Below are positions 24,068-36,324 of a stretch of DNA of 64,000 nucleotides, piece by piece (position 1 is the stretch's first letter; every line of letters begins with the position of its first letter). The notes below the pieces were generated by a model. That model had not been told where the DNA came from, made no database searches, and saw only the letters and a list, made by a program, of their open reading frames with translations. Source of the stretch: an uncultured Gemmatimonadales bacterium. GTDB taxonomy: Bacteria; Gemmatimonadota; Gemmatimonadetes; Longimicrobiales; Gaopeijiaceae. A program made the translations under genes and the position numbers. The stretch spans positions 384,001-448,000 of the forward strand of contig CAWGKG010000004.1 in the NCBI GenBank assembly GCA_963823035.1, read 5' to 3'.

Positions 24068-24961
24068 ACGTCCGGCGCTTCGTCCCGTTGCTCGCTCTCG
24101 CCGCGCTCCCCTTCCTCGGGTGGACACCACCCGCTCAGGTGAAGAAGGCCGTGGCCGTGCTCCGCTTCGACAACAACACGGGAGACGCGCGCTACGACCA
24201 TCTGGGCCGCGCGCTGGCCGCGATGATGATCTCGGACCTCTCGGTCGTCGAGGAGATCCAGCTCGTGGAGCGGGAGCGGCTGGAGGACCTGCAGAAGGAG
24301 CTCGAGCTCCAGCAGTCGGCGTACGTGGACCCGTCGACCGCGTCGACGATGGGGATGATGGTCGGCGCGGAGTTCGTGGTCACCGGGCGCGTTCACCGCG
24401 ATGGATCCGGAGATGCGCCTCGACACCCGCGTCGACCGCGTGGAGACGTCCGAGATGGTGAAGACCGCGAACGTGACCGGGAAGAAGGACCAGTTCCTCG
24501 ACCTCGAGCAGCGGCTCGCCGACCAGCTCGTGGACGGGCTGGGCGTGGTGCTCACGGGGGAGCGGCCGCGAGCGGCTGCGCGCCCAGCAGGAATCCAACC
24601 GGATCGACGACGTCGAGACGCTGGTGGCCTTCTCGGTCGCGCTCTGCCTGTTGGACTACGGCGACTACATCGACGCCTTCGACGAGATCCGGAAGGTCCA
24701 CGACGCGGCGCCGAGCTCGGCCGATCGTGCAGCTCACCCTCGATCAGCTCAAGGACCGGGTCGAGCAGCGACGTGAAGGAGCAGGCAAAGGACCGCGCGG
24801 GGAGGGCCATCGGTGGGCTCCTCGGCCGGAAGCGCGCTCCGACGCCGAGCGCGTATCCGTCCGGCCTGCTGAGGTCCGGCGGCCGCCGCTTTCCGGGACT
24901 CCGCGCGGTCGTGCGCGGAGGTTGCGCGGACCGGTCCGGCCGCACATACCTGGCTCCATGA
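24064..24961 (+). CDS. CsgG/HfaB-like secreted protein (several apparent frameshifts; 3' end uncertain)
   Basis: VAVLRFDN, LVERERL..ELELQQS, GAEFVVTG; continues in another frame as MRLDTRVDRVETSE. Confidence 0.65.
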
Positions 24962-25389
24962 ACCCGGCGCGCTCGAGCATCCCCGAGGTTCCCGGATGGC
25001 CCGTACTCGGGAGCCTTCCCGAGCTACGCCGCAACCGCCTCGACTTCTACGAGCGCGCGGGTGAACAGTACGGCAACACCGTGTCGTTCCGGGCGGGCCC
25101 GCTCGAGTTGTTCCTCCTCAGCGATCCGGCCGACGTGCACGTCGTGCTGGTGGAGCGCGCCTACGACTTCCACAAGTCGCCGAACTACGCCTACCTTCGT
25201 GCCTTGCTCGGCACCGGGCTGCTGACCAGCGAGGACGAGCTGCACAAGCGGCAGCGCCGCCTCATGGCTCCGTCTTTCACGCCCCGGCAGATCGGCGCGC
25301 TCGCCGAAACGTTCGTGACCTGCGCCGAGCGGCTCCAGTGGCGAAGGAGATGGAGAGCACCCACTGACCCGTCGCCGAGGCTGGGGTGA
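24958..25389 (+). pseudogene. Cytochrome P450 N-terminal fragment
   Basis: PGWPVLGSL, YGNTV, DPADVHVVL, LGTGLLTSEDELHKRQRRLMAPSF; ends at about 143 aa with no heme Cys motif. Confidence 0.8.
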
Positions 25390-25503
25390 CGCCGCTCCGT
25401 CAGGGCGTCGCCCCCGGCCCCGGCCAGGCGCGACCTCGACCGGGGCGAACGCTGCGCCCCCTCGAAGCAGTCAACCCCGTTGAGACCCGCGCGGGCGGCG
25501 GGC

Positions 25504-28111
25504 TCATCCCCGGAGTGGAGCTCCTGAAACCAGTTCTCCACGACGATCAGCTCGCCGGGGTCCGCCTCCGTCGTCCGACGGACCATCAGGAAGCGCCGGT
25601 CGTCCCGCGACACGGCGTACATCGGGTGCAGGCCGGACACCACGAACCCCCGAACGTCGAACATCTCGGTCGTGCGCCCCACGGAGAACGTCGGCGACGT
25701 CCGCACCTGCACGACACGCATGGTGCCGCGCAGATCCCTGTAGAACAGCTCGCTGCCGTCGTGCGACCAGACGGGCTCGGCTCCGCCGTCGGGCGAGACG
25801 GACCACTTCGCGGCGCGGGTGTCGGGGGTGGGCACGACGAAGACTTCTTCCTTCCCCGTCTCGTGAGAGGAGTATGCCAGCCAGCGGCCGTCGGGGGACA
25901 GCGCCGGACACAACTCGCTGAACTCGGTGGTCGCCAGGGGGATGGGCTCCTCTCCAGCCTGCGGACGGATCGCCAGGATGTCGGCTGCCCCCTCCGAGGG
26001 CATACCGGGTACGGCGCGCGGGACGTTGCTGGTCCGGTAGATCAGCCACTGGCCGTCGGGCGACCAGAGCGATTCGGCCAGATCACGCGGCCGGCTCAAT
26101 CGCAGCACCGCGTGCGCACTGCCGTCGGCGGGCTTCGTCCACAGCTCGGCGGACCCGCCCGCGTTCGAGAAATACGTCACCGACCGGCCGTCGGGCGTCC
26201 ACGACGGATATCCGTTCGAGGTCCCTTCGCCCGTCAGCTTGAACGTCGCGCCGCTCTCCATGTCCCGGATCCAGACGTCGGTGCCGTTGGCGCTCGTCAT
26301 CACGACGGCGAGCGTCGAGCCGTCCGGTGATAGCGTCGGCCATCCGAAGCCGCCCTGCCACGACGGGTCGAGAGGCTCGACGGTGCCGTCGCGGGAGACC
26401 CAGACCAGCTCGCGCAGGCCCTCCCCCGGGCCCGTGGCGTACACCAGGGTTCCGCTTCCCGACACCGCCAGATCCACCGCCCCCCTGAATCCGACGCGCT
26501 GCTTCTGACTGACCACCTCGGCCGGGCCGGTCGGCTCCAGACGCTCGCGATCGAACGGCTCGATCATCAGGGTACTGTCCGGCGCCACGTAGATCAGGTG
26601 TCCGGAGGCCGCGTAGCGTGCATAGAGTCCTTCCACAAGGAGCTTGTGTGAGCCCGTCTCGAGGTCGGCCACGCCGATCGACTTCGTGCTCCCCGTGACG
26701 CTTGCATGGTCCACCGTGAACAGGACGCCTTCGCCGCTCGGCAAGACATCGGGATAGTGATGGTCGGTTTCCCCGTTCGTGGCGTCCAGCCGGGTGAAGA
26801 GCCGAGGTACCGCGCCGGGCTCGGGGCGCAGCCGCACCAGGCCGCTGAACGCGGGCAGGGCCGCATACACGAAGCCGTCCGGACCCCACGACGCGCCTCC
26901 GCTCCAGTCCAGCACATCCGTGACGACCACGATCGGGCCGCCCTGGAGCGAGGCGATCTTCAACGCGCCCTCCGAGAAGAACCCGACCCGCGCTCCGTCC
27001 GGCGACAAGAACGGTGACAGGGCCCGTTCGGTGCCCGGCAACTCGGTGGAGTGCAGCTGATCTCGCCGGCGCACGCGGAGCCGCCCCTCCCGTCCGCCGA
27101 CGTAGACCAGCACGGTACCGTCCGGCGAGAGGGCGAACCGCCTGCCGGCCATGGCCGCCATCTCCTCTCCCGCGGCGAACGCCATGCTGTAGCGCAGGGG
27201 CGGCTCCGCGGGGGTGGGACGCAACCAGCCCCAGAGGGCGGCGGCGACGATCGCCGCCGCGAGCGAAAGCAACGTGACGTACGGAAGTCCCGGGCTGGCT
27301 CGAGGCGGTGGCGCGGCCTGCGCGGGGTCGACGGCACCCGCGGTTACTACGTCGATCGCGGAGCCCACGACTGCGACGGCATGCGGTCGCGCACCCGGGG
27401 AGGAGCGAATGGCGTCCGCCAGAGCCCTGGTCTCCTCGGACGGCTCCAGGTCGAGGTCTTCCGCCAGCTGTGCGGCGAATCCTCCGTAGGCTCGAAGGGC
27501 GGCGTCACGGTCCCCGGCCCGCCCCAGAAGTCCGATCAGCCGTCTGAATCCGACCTCGCCGTAGGGATCGAGCTCGACGGCCTTCCGCGCCCACGCCACC
27601 GCTGCGTGCAGGTCGCCTCGCTGCTCGTCCCGGTCCGCCATGCCGGCGGCCGCCTCGACCGCCAGCCTCCCGTACCGGGCCCGCTCGTCCTCGATCCACC
27701 GCTCGAGGTCCGCCTCGGAGACGTGCAGGCCGTCGAAGAAGGGTCCCCCGTACAGCTCCCACGCGGATTCGGGTGCGCCCTGCTCGAGGAGAGCCTCGAA
27801 CCGGACGGCGTCACACTCCAACGCATCGGCTGCGATGCCCACCTCGTCGTTCCCGCGCGTCACGATCACCTCTTCTCCCAGCGACTTCCTCAGGTAGGAG
27901 AGGGATCGCCGGAGCGCGCCCCGGGCCCGGTCGGTGTCGGAGTCCGGCCAGAAGAGGGCGAGGAGCTTGTCCCTGCGCGTGAATCCACCCTGGCGTTCAG
28001 GGCGAGGTACGCGAGGAGGGCCAGACGTTTGGGCTGGGAAAGGACCGAGAGGAGCGGCTGCCCGTCGGGCCCACGTAGATCCGCCGACCCGAGGATGCTA
28101 AGCCGGAGCAT
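25504..28111 (-). CDS. SARP/BTAD transcriptional regulator fused to a TM helix and TolB-like beta-propeller (frameshift near 27980; 3' end uncertain, ORF track runs to 25191)
   Basis: QPKRLALLAYLAL, LLALFWPDSD..ARGALR, LYGGPFFDG, LDPYGE, DLEPSEET; TM segment; SPDG repeats; ENWFQEL. Confidence 0.8.
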
Positions 28112-28147
28112 CGTGTCCTGAGGATGAATCGCGGATGGTCTCAGGCT

Positions 28148-28166
28148 GGGTCACGGTGGGGTCACG
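28148..28166 (+). promoter_or_regulatory. Direct repeat GGGTCACG x2 with 11-nt period, candidate SARP-type binding site
   Basis: Copies at 28148-28155 and 28159-28166 in the divergent intergenic region. Confidence 0.4.
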
Positions 28167-28262
28167 TCTGGAGGATGGGGCAGCCATACGTTCGGTGAAC
28201 CCGAAAAAAGGGTATCCGGCGCCCGCCCGGGCCGCAACCGACCCGACCCTCCAGGAGGTAGC

Positions 28263-28841
28263 ATGACGATCCCAAGACTGCTCGGCCTCGCAACAGCCTT
28301 CGCCTTCCTCTCGGCCTGTGGTGACACGCCCACCGCGCCGCACCCGCTGGACGCGGATCTGCTCGCCGCGTCGACCACGGCCCCGAGCATGGGGGGACCC
28401 GTGGTGGAGCACACGGAGGTCCACGAGTCGTTCCAGGCGCCCTGCATGACCTTCATGCTCGAAATCGTCGTCGACGCGAAGTTGGTCTCGCAATCGTGGT
28501 TCTATGCGAGCGGAGCGCCTCGGCGCACCAGGCTCCACGTCAATCAGGACGTGACGTTCACGAACCTCACCTCGGGCGTCGCCCTGAAGAACAACTCGAA
28601 TCACAACATCGAGGTCCGCTTCGACGAGGAGGGCAACCCGACGGAGCAGGTGGAAAACGGCGCCCCGCAGAGGATCCGCGAATCGGGCGGCGGGAAGCTG
28701 CTCTACTACCAGATCGGTCATTCGGTGACGAGCTTCGACTTCACGACCTCTCCGCCGACGATGGACGTGACGTTCAGCGGCCACAGCAATGCCGACACCG
28801 CTCCCTCGGGGCCGTGTGAGGCCCTCGGGGACCCGGCGTAG
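28263..28841 (+). CDS. Hypothetical lipoprotein
   Basis: FLSAC lipobox; AGGAGGT RBS. Confidence 0.75.
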   Translation: MTIPRLLGLATAFAFLSACGDTPTAPHPLDADLLAASTTAPSMGGPVVEHTEVHESFQAPCMTFMLEIVVDAKLVSQSWFYASGAPRRTRLHVNQDVTFTNLTSGVALKNNSNHNIEVRFDEEGNPTEQVENGAPQRIRESGGGKLLYYQIGHSVTSFDFTTSPPTMDVTFSGHSNADTAPSGPCEALGDPA

Positions 28842-28859
28842 GGCTCTCCTTCGCAAGAG

Positions 28860-28893
28860 GGCGGGACGGTTCCCTCGAGGGGACCGTCCCGCC
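28860..28893. terminator. Strong hairpin between convergent genes (likely bidirectional terminator)
   Basis: GGCGGGACGGTTCCC-TCGA-GGGGACCGTCCCGCC, 15-bp stem with one G:U; no U-tract. Confidence 0.6.
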
Positions 28894-28952
28894 GACGGGC
28901 GCGTGCTTCCCGCCGAGGGCCTCTCGTCGGGTTGGCGTGAAGGAGGCGAGTC

Positions 28953-29453
28953 TCAGCGGGGCGCCGGCGCGGCACCGCCTGGCCCGCCGATCGGCTTCCA
29001 GCGGGAGGCCGGAGCGAGCCGGTCCGCCTCGCCTCCGGGCAGCCAGAGGACCACAGCCTTCACGGGCACGTCGGAAAGGACCCGGTGCATGACCTCGTCG
29101 CCCTGGCGGACCACGCCCACCATCCCCGGCTCGAGGCGATGCGACGTGCCGTTCACCACGTGGTCGAGTACGCCCTCCACCACGTAGAAGATCTCGGTGG
29201 CGCCGTGGCGGTGGGCGGTCGTCGGCGCCGTGCCCACGGGAAGGGTGATCTCGGCCACCTCGAGGTCGTCCCGCCCGAGGTTGGCGGCCTCGAGCAGCAG
29301 CTTGATGCGGGTGCCGCCCGGAAGCTCGAGTTGGCGGGATCCACGGCTCGACCGCGCGTACTCGTCGTCCTCCTGTGCGGCGAGGGGTGGCGCCGTGAGC
29401 GTCGGGGCCGTGGCGAGCATGGCCATCAGCAGGGAGGTGCGTCTCCTGGGCAT
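28953..29453 (-). CDS. Secreted cupin-domain protein
   Basis: HRHGATEIFYVVEG..HRLEPG..MHRV; signal peptide. Confidence 0.85.
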   Translation of the reverse strand: MPRRRTSLLMAMLATAPTLTAPPLAAQEDDEYARSSRGSRQLELPGGTRIKLLLEAANLGRDDLEVAEITLPVGTAPTTAHRHGATEIFYVVEGVLDHVVNGTSHRLEPGMVGVVRQGDEVMHRVLSDVPVKAVVLWLPGGEADRLAPASRWKPIGGPGGAAPAPR

Positions 29454-30785
29454 CAGCGGGCCTCCTGGATGTCGCTTCGTGGGCGCGGCGGGCGCACGTA
29501 GGCCGAGACGAGGCTCTCGTGCCCGGCGGCGTCCACCGCGGCGACACCGAAGACGTAGTCGTCGATCGAGAGGTCGGGGAGGACGGCCTCCGTGACGTCG
29601 CCCACCCAGCGTTCGTAGGTCCAGTCGGGATTCCAGGCGTCCCGCCAGACGATCCGGTAGCCGACGGCGCCCGTCGACGCGTTCCAGCGCAGCGACGCAT
29701 CGTACCCGGACTCCCCGCGGCCGAGCATCGGGCCTCCGCGGCCCATCACGTCGGGCGCCGAGGGCGCGAGCGCCACGGTGGCGGCGGCCGCCGCGTTGAC
29801 GCGGGCGTTCCCCGCGAGGTAGTCGAAGTCCACGCCGCCGAGCGTGTCGTTCGGCGAGTGCTGGCGGCTGTAGTTCTCCCGCGACTCGGAGATGCGCACC
29901 CCGGGGAAGCCACGGCGGTTGAACGCCGTGTGGTCGCCCCCGCGGCCGAAGCGGTCCTCGCGGGCGATCAGGCGCACCTCCCGGTAGGGCACGTACACGG
30001 CTGCCCACCGGCGGATGTAGCGGGCGATCTGCCGCGACGGCGAGTCCATGGGATCCTCGGAGAAGACCCGCAGCGTGCGGCTGTCGATGATGCCGTTGCC
30101 GCCGTGGCTGTTGCCGATGATGTCGTTGTTGAACACGGCGTCGATCCGCCATGCCTCCTCGGAGGCCTTCGTGGCGTGCAGGCTCGCCCCGACGAGCCCC
30201 TCCTCCTCCGCGACGAAGGCGACGAACACGAGCGTCGCGTCGAAGTCGAGCCCGCTCTGCGACAGCACCCGCGCGACCTCCATCGTCAACACGGTCCCGC
30301 TGCCGTCGTCGTTCGCGCCGGGCGCGGTGTTGTCCCACCGCGTCCAGTCGAACGAGCCGTCCGCGCGGCGGGCCACGGTGTCGTAGTGGCCCGAGACGTA
30401 CACGCGCCGCTCGCTGCGGCCCGGAAGGACGGCGACCACGTTGCACAGCTCCGTGGCCTCCGGGATGCGCCCCTGCGCCGCGACCTGGTAGCAGTCCAGC
30501 GACACCTGGAGCTTCGGGCTGAAGCCCTGCAGGGTCTCCAGGATGTACCGTGCGCGCCGCGTCCACGCCCCAGTCCGGGCGGTCGGAGTGCGAGAGCGAG
30601 TGGCGTGTCTGGAGGTCGGTGAGCTTCCGCAGGTAGGCATGCAGCCGCTCGGGGGAGATGTCGGCGAGCGCCGCCTCGACGCGCGGATCGGCCCGCGGGA
30701 CCTGCGCCGCGAGCGGAGTCGAGGCGAGCGACACGAGCAGGAGGACGATCGCCGCCCGCGGGCGCGGCGCGGGAAGTCGGATCAT
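29453..30785 (-). CDS. M28-family peptidase (frameshift near 30550)
   Basis: SGHYDT, PGANDDGSG, AEEEGLVGA, NNDIIG, GGDHTAF. Confidence 0.88.
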
Positions 30786-32105
30786 GACACGCCCCGGTTC
30801 GTGAGTCGGTGGATGAGGACGGCGGCGCGCTGCGTCTGCTCGAGGAGCGTCGGCAGGTCGATCCACTCGTCCACGGTGTGGTCGTTGCCGCCACCCGGGC
30901 CCAGGCCGTCGAGCGCCATGTCCACCAGCCCCGCCGTGAAGGACACGTCGGCCGCGCCGGCGTTGCGCGGATCGACGGCGGTTACCGGGCCGAAGCCGAG
31001 GTCGCGGCTCACCTGGTCGAACTGCGCCAGCAGGCGGCGGTTGCCCTCCGTGGGGGCGAGCGGCGGATAGCCGTCGTCGAAGGTGATCGTGGCCTTCGTG
31101 CCAGGAAGGCTCTCGCCGGCGATGAACGCCATCTTCGCGCGCGCCGCCTCGAGCTGGTCGAGCGTGATCGTGCGCAGGTCGCCGGTGACGACGGCCCGGC
31201 CCGCCACCACGTTGCTCTTGCCCGCGGCCGTCCCGCCGGCCGTGAAGTCGTCGTAGTCGACGTCGGTGCCCGCCACCATCACGCCGGGATTGAACGTGAG
31301 GAGCGGCTCGCCCGCCATCCGCTCGTAGAAGCCGTGCAGGATACGCGCCGCCTCGTAGATGGCGCCCGCGCCCACCTCGGGCTGGAAGAGCTGCGAAGAG
31401 TGCGCGGGCGTGCCGGTCACCTCGAGCCGCCACCCGGTCGAGCCGCGGCGCGCGACCACGGCGGTCTTCGGATCCGAGTCGCCGTTCTCGAAGGCGAGCG
31501 CGACGTCCGCGGGGCCTGCGGCCTCGACCAGCGCGGCCTTCGACTGCGCGAGCGGGGACCCGCTCCGCTCCTCGTCGCCGGTCATGACGATCGTGATCGC
31601 CATGCCGTCCAGCTCGCCGGCGGCGGCGAGCGCCTTCATGGCCTGCACGATGACGACGTCGCCGCCCTTCATGTCGACCACGCCGGGACCGGCGGCACGC
31701 TCACCGCGAGCGGTCGAAGCGCTGGAAGGGGCTGGAGGGCTCGAACACCGTGTCGAGATGGCCGATGAGGAGGAGGCGCGGCCCGTCGCCTTCTCGGCGG
31801 GCCACCAGGTGGCCGGCCCGGTCGAAGGCGTCTCCGGGGATCCACTCGGTCTCGAAGCCGAGGGCGTCGAGTTCGGCGCGGAAGATGCGACCGACCTCGC
31901 GCACGCCGTCGAAGTTCATCGTGCCGCTGTTGACGTTCACGACGCGCTCCAGCAGGGCGATCGCCTCGTCGGCGCGCGCCGCGGCCTCGCGCACGATCCT
32001 CTGCTCCACGGCGGAGGGGCCCTGCCGCGCGGACAGCGGCGCGGCGACGGCGAGCGCACACGCGCAACCTGCGAGCGCGCGAGCGGTGGGGGGAAGGATC
32101 TTCAT
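30782..32105 (-). CDS. M20/M25/M40 peptidase, glutamate carboxypeptidase-like (frameshift near 31700)
   Basis: LLIGHLDTVF, DMKGG, GDEE, NDHTVDEW. Confidence 0.88.
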
Positions 32106-32146
32106 CGCATCGGGGCTTGGCGTACGGTAACGGAAGGGGGACGAAC

Positions 32147-33135
32147 CTAGGGTCGGGCTTCCCACGACGCCATGCGCGTGGCCAGCCGGAACACCGAGAG
32201 CGGCGCCGAGCCTTCCGCCTTGTTGTTGGCCACCACGAACACGTCGCGCTCGGCGATCAGGGCGTCGAGCGCCGCCACGGCGATCCGCTCCAGCGACTGC
32301 GGATCCTCGTCCTGGATGCGGTCGAAGGGGGCGTAGCGGTCCTTCGCGGCCTCGTACTGCAGGCCGGCGTGCAGCATCCACCGGATCAGGAGGACTGGCT
32401 GCTCGTAGTGGCGGACGGCCGTCAGCTGCTCCTCGAGCGAGGCCATGGCCGGATGGACCGTATAGCAGTGGGCCGAGCCCGTTGCTTCGAGCGCCGCGGC
32501 GTAGTCGGCCGTGAGGAGCGCGGGGGTCCGCAGCTCCACCGCGTAGCGAGGGCCGGGAGGGAGCGCGTCGAGGAATCGGTGCAGGCGCTCCGCGAACGCC
32601 CGCGGCCGCCGACCAGGTTGGGCGAGATGGGGGAGAACTGGAAGAGGAGGGGGCCCGCCTTCTCGCCGAGACCCTCCATCATCGGCGCGATCACCTCGTC
32701 GATCGCCCAGGTGGCGTCGAGGAAGCGGGGGTTGGGCCCTCGGATGGAGGAGGGCCCCGGGTCGGTCGGGGAGGTGAGCGAGGCGGTCCGCCTTGACCAG
32801 GAAGCGGAAGTCGTCCGGCACGGCGTCGGCGTAGCCGCGGAACTCCTCCGCGGGGATCGGCCGGTAGTACGTGCGGTCGATGCCCACGGTGCGCAGCAGC
32901 GGATGGCGGGCGTAGGCCGCGAGCCCGTGGCGCGCGAGGACGGTCTCCGAGACGGTGCGGTCGTAGACCACACCGGCCCACCCGGGGAAGCTCCACGACG
33001 AGGTGCCGAGGCGCAGCGCGCGGGGGAGCCGCTCGGCCGCCACCGGCGAGCTCACTCGGCACGGCGGCCGGGCCCACGGGGGAGATCGCCGCCGTGGGCG
33101 CGTCGTCGAAGAGGCCGAGCTGAGGGTCCGACCAT
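32147..33135 (-). CDS. DUF72-family protein (several frameshifts; start approximate)
   Basis: [49 protein letters not shown]. Confidence 0.85.
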
Positions 33136-33205
33136 CCCCTGGGTCTACGGCTGCGGCGCCCGCCTCCACAAGAGTCGCTCCATGCGATCCTCCTTGACGC
33201 CGCGC

Positions 33206-33222
33206 TATCTAAACGACAGATA
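33206..33222. promoter_or_regulatory. Palindrome TATCT-N7-AGATA, candidate PadR operator
   Basis: AT-rich patch upstream of padR, near TTGACG at 33194. Confidence 0.5.
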
Positions 33223-33266
33223 TATAACTCGCAAATGCATATGCTCCTTTCGCAGGGGTTCCGCCG

Positions 33267-33593
33267 ATGAGCCTCACGCCGCTGACGTACGAGATCCTCC
33301 TCGCGCTCGCCGACGAGCATCGCCACGGCTACGGCATCATCAAGGAGATCGAGGCGCGCGCCGGCCCTTCCTCCGCACCGAGCACGGGGGCGCTCTACCT
33401 CGCGCTCCAGCGCATGGAGGCGGAGGGGATGGTGGCGGAGGCGCCGCGGCCGGAGGGGGACGACGACGGACGCCGCCGCTACTACCGCATCACGGCGCGG
33501 GGGCGGGCGGACGCGGAGGGGGAGTCCATGCGCCTGGCGGAGCTCGTCGCGGTGGCGCGGGCCAAGAACCTGCTTCCCGAGGTGCGCGTGTGA
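33267..33593 (+). CDS. PadR-family regulator
   Basis: ILLALAD..HGYGIIKEI, GALYLALQRM, RRRYYRIT. Confidence 0.92.
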   Translation: MSLTPLTYEILLALADEHRHGYGIIKEIEARAGPSSAPSTGALYLALQRMEAEGMVAEAPRPEGDDDGRRRYYRITARGRADAEGESMRLAELVAVARAKNLLPEVRV

Positions 33594-36273
33594 CGCGCGG
33601 CCTCCTGCGATTCCTGCTGTGGCTCGCGCCGGGCGGTTTCCGTGCGCGCTACGGGGCGGAGGTGCTCTCCGTGCACGACGCGCGCAGGGCGGGCGGCGCG
33701 GGGCGGCTCGGGCGCCTCGGGTTCGACGTGAGGGAGGTGGCGGGGCTCGCGCTGACGGTTGCGAGGCTGCGCCTGGGTGGATCGGGAACGGAACGTGAGC
33801 GGACGACGACGACGGGGGGAGGAAACATGCTCGAGAGCACGCTGCAGGATCTGCGCTTCGCGGGACGCACGCTTCGCCGCAACCCGGGCTTCACGCTGGC
33901 GGCCGTCTCGGTGCTGGGCCTCGGCATCGGGGCGAACACGGCGATCTTCTCGGCCGCCAACGCCTTCCTCTTCCGGCCGCTGCCCTTCGCGGACGCCGAC
34001 CGCCTCGTGATGCTCTACGAGACCAACCCGGAGTTCGGGTGGACGGACGCGGCGGCCGCGCCGGCGAACGTGCTCGACTGGCGCGAGCAGGTGGACGCCT
34101 TCGCGGACGTGGCGATGTACTCCAGCTTCGTGAACCGGATCCCGTACGTGCGTGACGGAGAGCCGGAGCTCGTGGGCGCGGTCAACGTCACGGGCAACTT
34201 CTTCTCGGTGCTCGGCGTGAAGCCCGAGGTGGGGCGTGGCTTCGACTGGGACGAGACGTGGACCGGGAACGACGACGTCGTCGTGTTGAGCCACGCCTTC
34301 TGGGTGTCGCACTTCGGCGGGAGCCCGGACGCCGTCGGGAAGACGCTCACCTTCGGCAACACCACGGTCGAGATCGTCGGCGTCATGCCCGAGGGATTCG
34401 ACTTCCCCAATCCCGAAGCCGACCTGTGGTCGCCGTGGGGGTGGGACCCGGCCAACCGCCAGGCGGTGTGGTTCCGGCGTGCGCACTGGGTGGCGCCGAT
34501 CGCCCGGCTGAAGCCCGGCGTCACGCCCGAGCGCGGCGGACGCTGCGCTCCAGGTGGTGGTCGAGCGCCTGCAGAAGGACTTCCCCGAGACCAACCGCGT
34601 GATGGGCGCGGGGCTCACGCCGCTGCGTGACTTCCTGGTGAAGGACGTCCGCCGCCCGCTCGCCGTCCTCCTGGGTGCGGTGGCTCTCCTGCTCCTCCTG
34701 GCGTGCACGAACGTTGCGAACCTCATGCTGGTGCGCGCGAGCGACCGGACGAGGGAGGTGGCGCTCCGCTTCGCGATGGGCGCGCGCGGCCGGCGCATCC
34801 TGCGCCAGATGCTCACGGAGGGGCTGCTCCTCGCCCTCCTGGGCGGGGCGGTCGGCCTCGCGCTGGGTTGGGTGGGGGTGCGCGCGATCGCCCGCATGCA
34901 GCCGATCGGGATCACGGGTGCGACCACGCTGGCCCTGGATGCGCGTGTGGTGCTCTTCACGGTGGGCGTGGCCGTCGCGAGCGGGCTCCTCTTCGGGCTG
35001 GCTCCGGCCCTGCGGGCCACGAGGGGTGACCTGCAGGCGGCGTTGAAGGAGGGTGGACGCGGCGGGTCCACCGGGCGCGGCACGATGCGCACGGTGGGGA
35101 TGCTCGTGTCCGTCGAGGTCGGCCTGGCGGTGCTGCTGGTCGTGGGCGCCGGGCTCATGGTGCGCACCTTCTGGATGCTGCGCAGCGTCGATCCCGGCTT
35201 CCGGACGGAGGGTGTGGTGGCGGTGCAGTTCGGCATCCCCTCGGCGCGCTACGAGAAGCGCGACCAGGTGCTGGCCTTCCAGGACGACTTCGAGCGGCGC
35301 ATGGAGGCGCGCCCCGGGATCACCCGCGTCGGCCTGGTCAACCAGCTCCCCCTCGCCGGCACGAGCTGGTCGAGCCAGTTCCAGGCGGAGGGGTGGCCCC
35401 CCGAGCGCGTCGGCTTCGAGATCCTGCACCGGCGCACCGACGCCGGCTACTTCGAGGCGCTCGACATCCCCCTCGTGCGCGGGCGGATGTTCGGGCCCGA
35501 CGACGGCGCCGACACGCCTCCGGTCGTGCTCATCAACGAGACGTTCGCACGCCAGCACTTCCCCGGCGAGGACCCCATCGGCCAGAAGATCGCGTACGAC
35601 CGGACGGCAGCGGCCAACCCCGACGGGAGCACCTGGTACGAGATCATCGGGATCGTCGGCGACCAGATGCAGACCTCGCCGGCCGATCCGGCGCGCGCCG
35701 AGGCGTTCGAGAACCGCGACCAGGACTGGGGCCGGAGCGAGTGGTTCGTGATCCGCACCGCGGGAAGCGTGGCCTCCACCGTGGCGGTCACGCGCGAGGT
35801 CCTGCACGAGATGGATCCCCTCATCCCGCTCGGCGCGGTCCGGCCCATCCGTGAGGTCTGGCGCGAATCGATGGCGCAGCAGGCGTTCATCCTCACGCTC
35901 CTGGGCGCCTTCGGCGCGATGGCCCTCCTCCTCGCGGCCGTGGGCGTCTACGGCGTGACGGCGCAGGCGGCGCGCAAGCGGACGCAGGAGATCGGCATCC
36001 GCATGGCGCTGGGCGCCGGCGCCTCCGACGTGGTCGGGCTCATGCTGCGCCAGGGGCTGGCCGTGGTGGCGCTCGGCCTCGCGGCGGGCCTCGCGGTGGC
36101 GCTGCTCGCGACGCGCGCCATCGCGACGTTCCTGTACGGCGTCGAGCCGACGGATCCGGCCACGCTCGTCTCGGTCGTCGCGCTCCTGGCGGGCGTGGCG
36201 GCGGTGGCCTCGCTACGTTCCGGCGCGGCGCGCGACCTCCGTGGATCCGGTGACGTCGCTGCGCGCCGAGTGA
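33590..36273 (+). CDS. Duplicated MacB/FtsX-like ABC permease (ADOP type; frameshifts near 34535 and 36210)
   Basis: QDLRFAGRTL..PGFT, LGIGANTAIFS, ACTNVANL, EIGIRMALGA, DPVTSLRAE. Confidence 0.9.
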
Positions 36274-36324
36274 GGCGCTGGCCGGCGGTAGCCGCGGAAC
36301 GGGCCCGGAGCCTACCTTCCCCGG

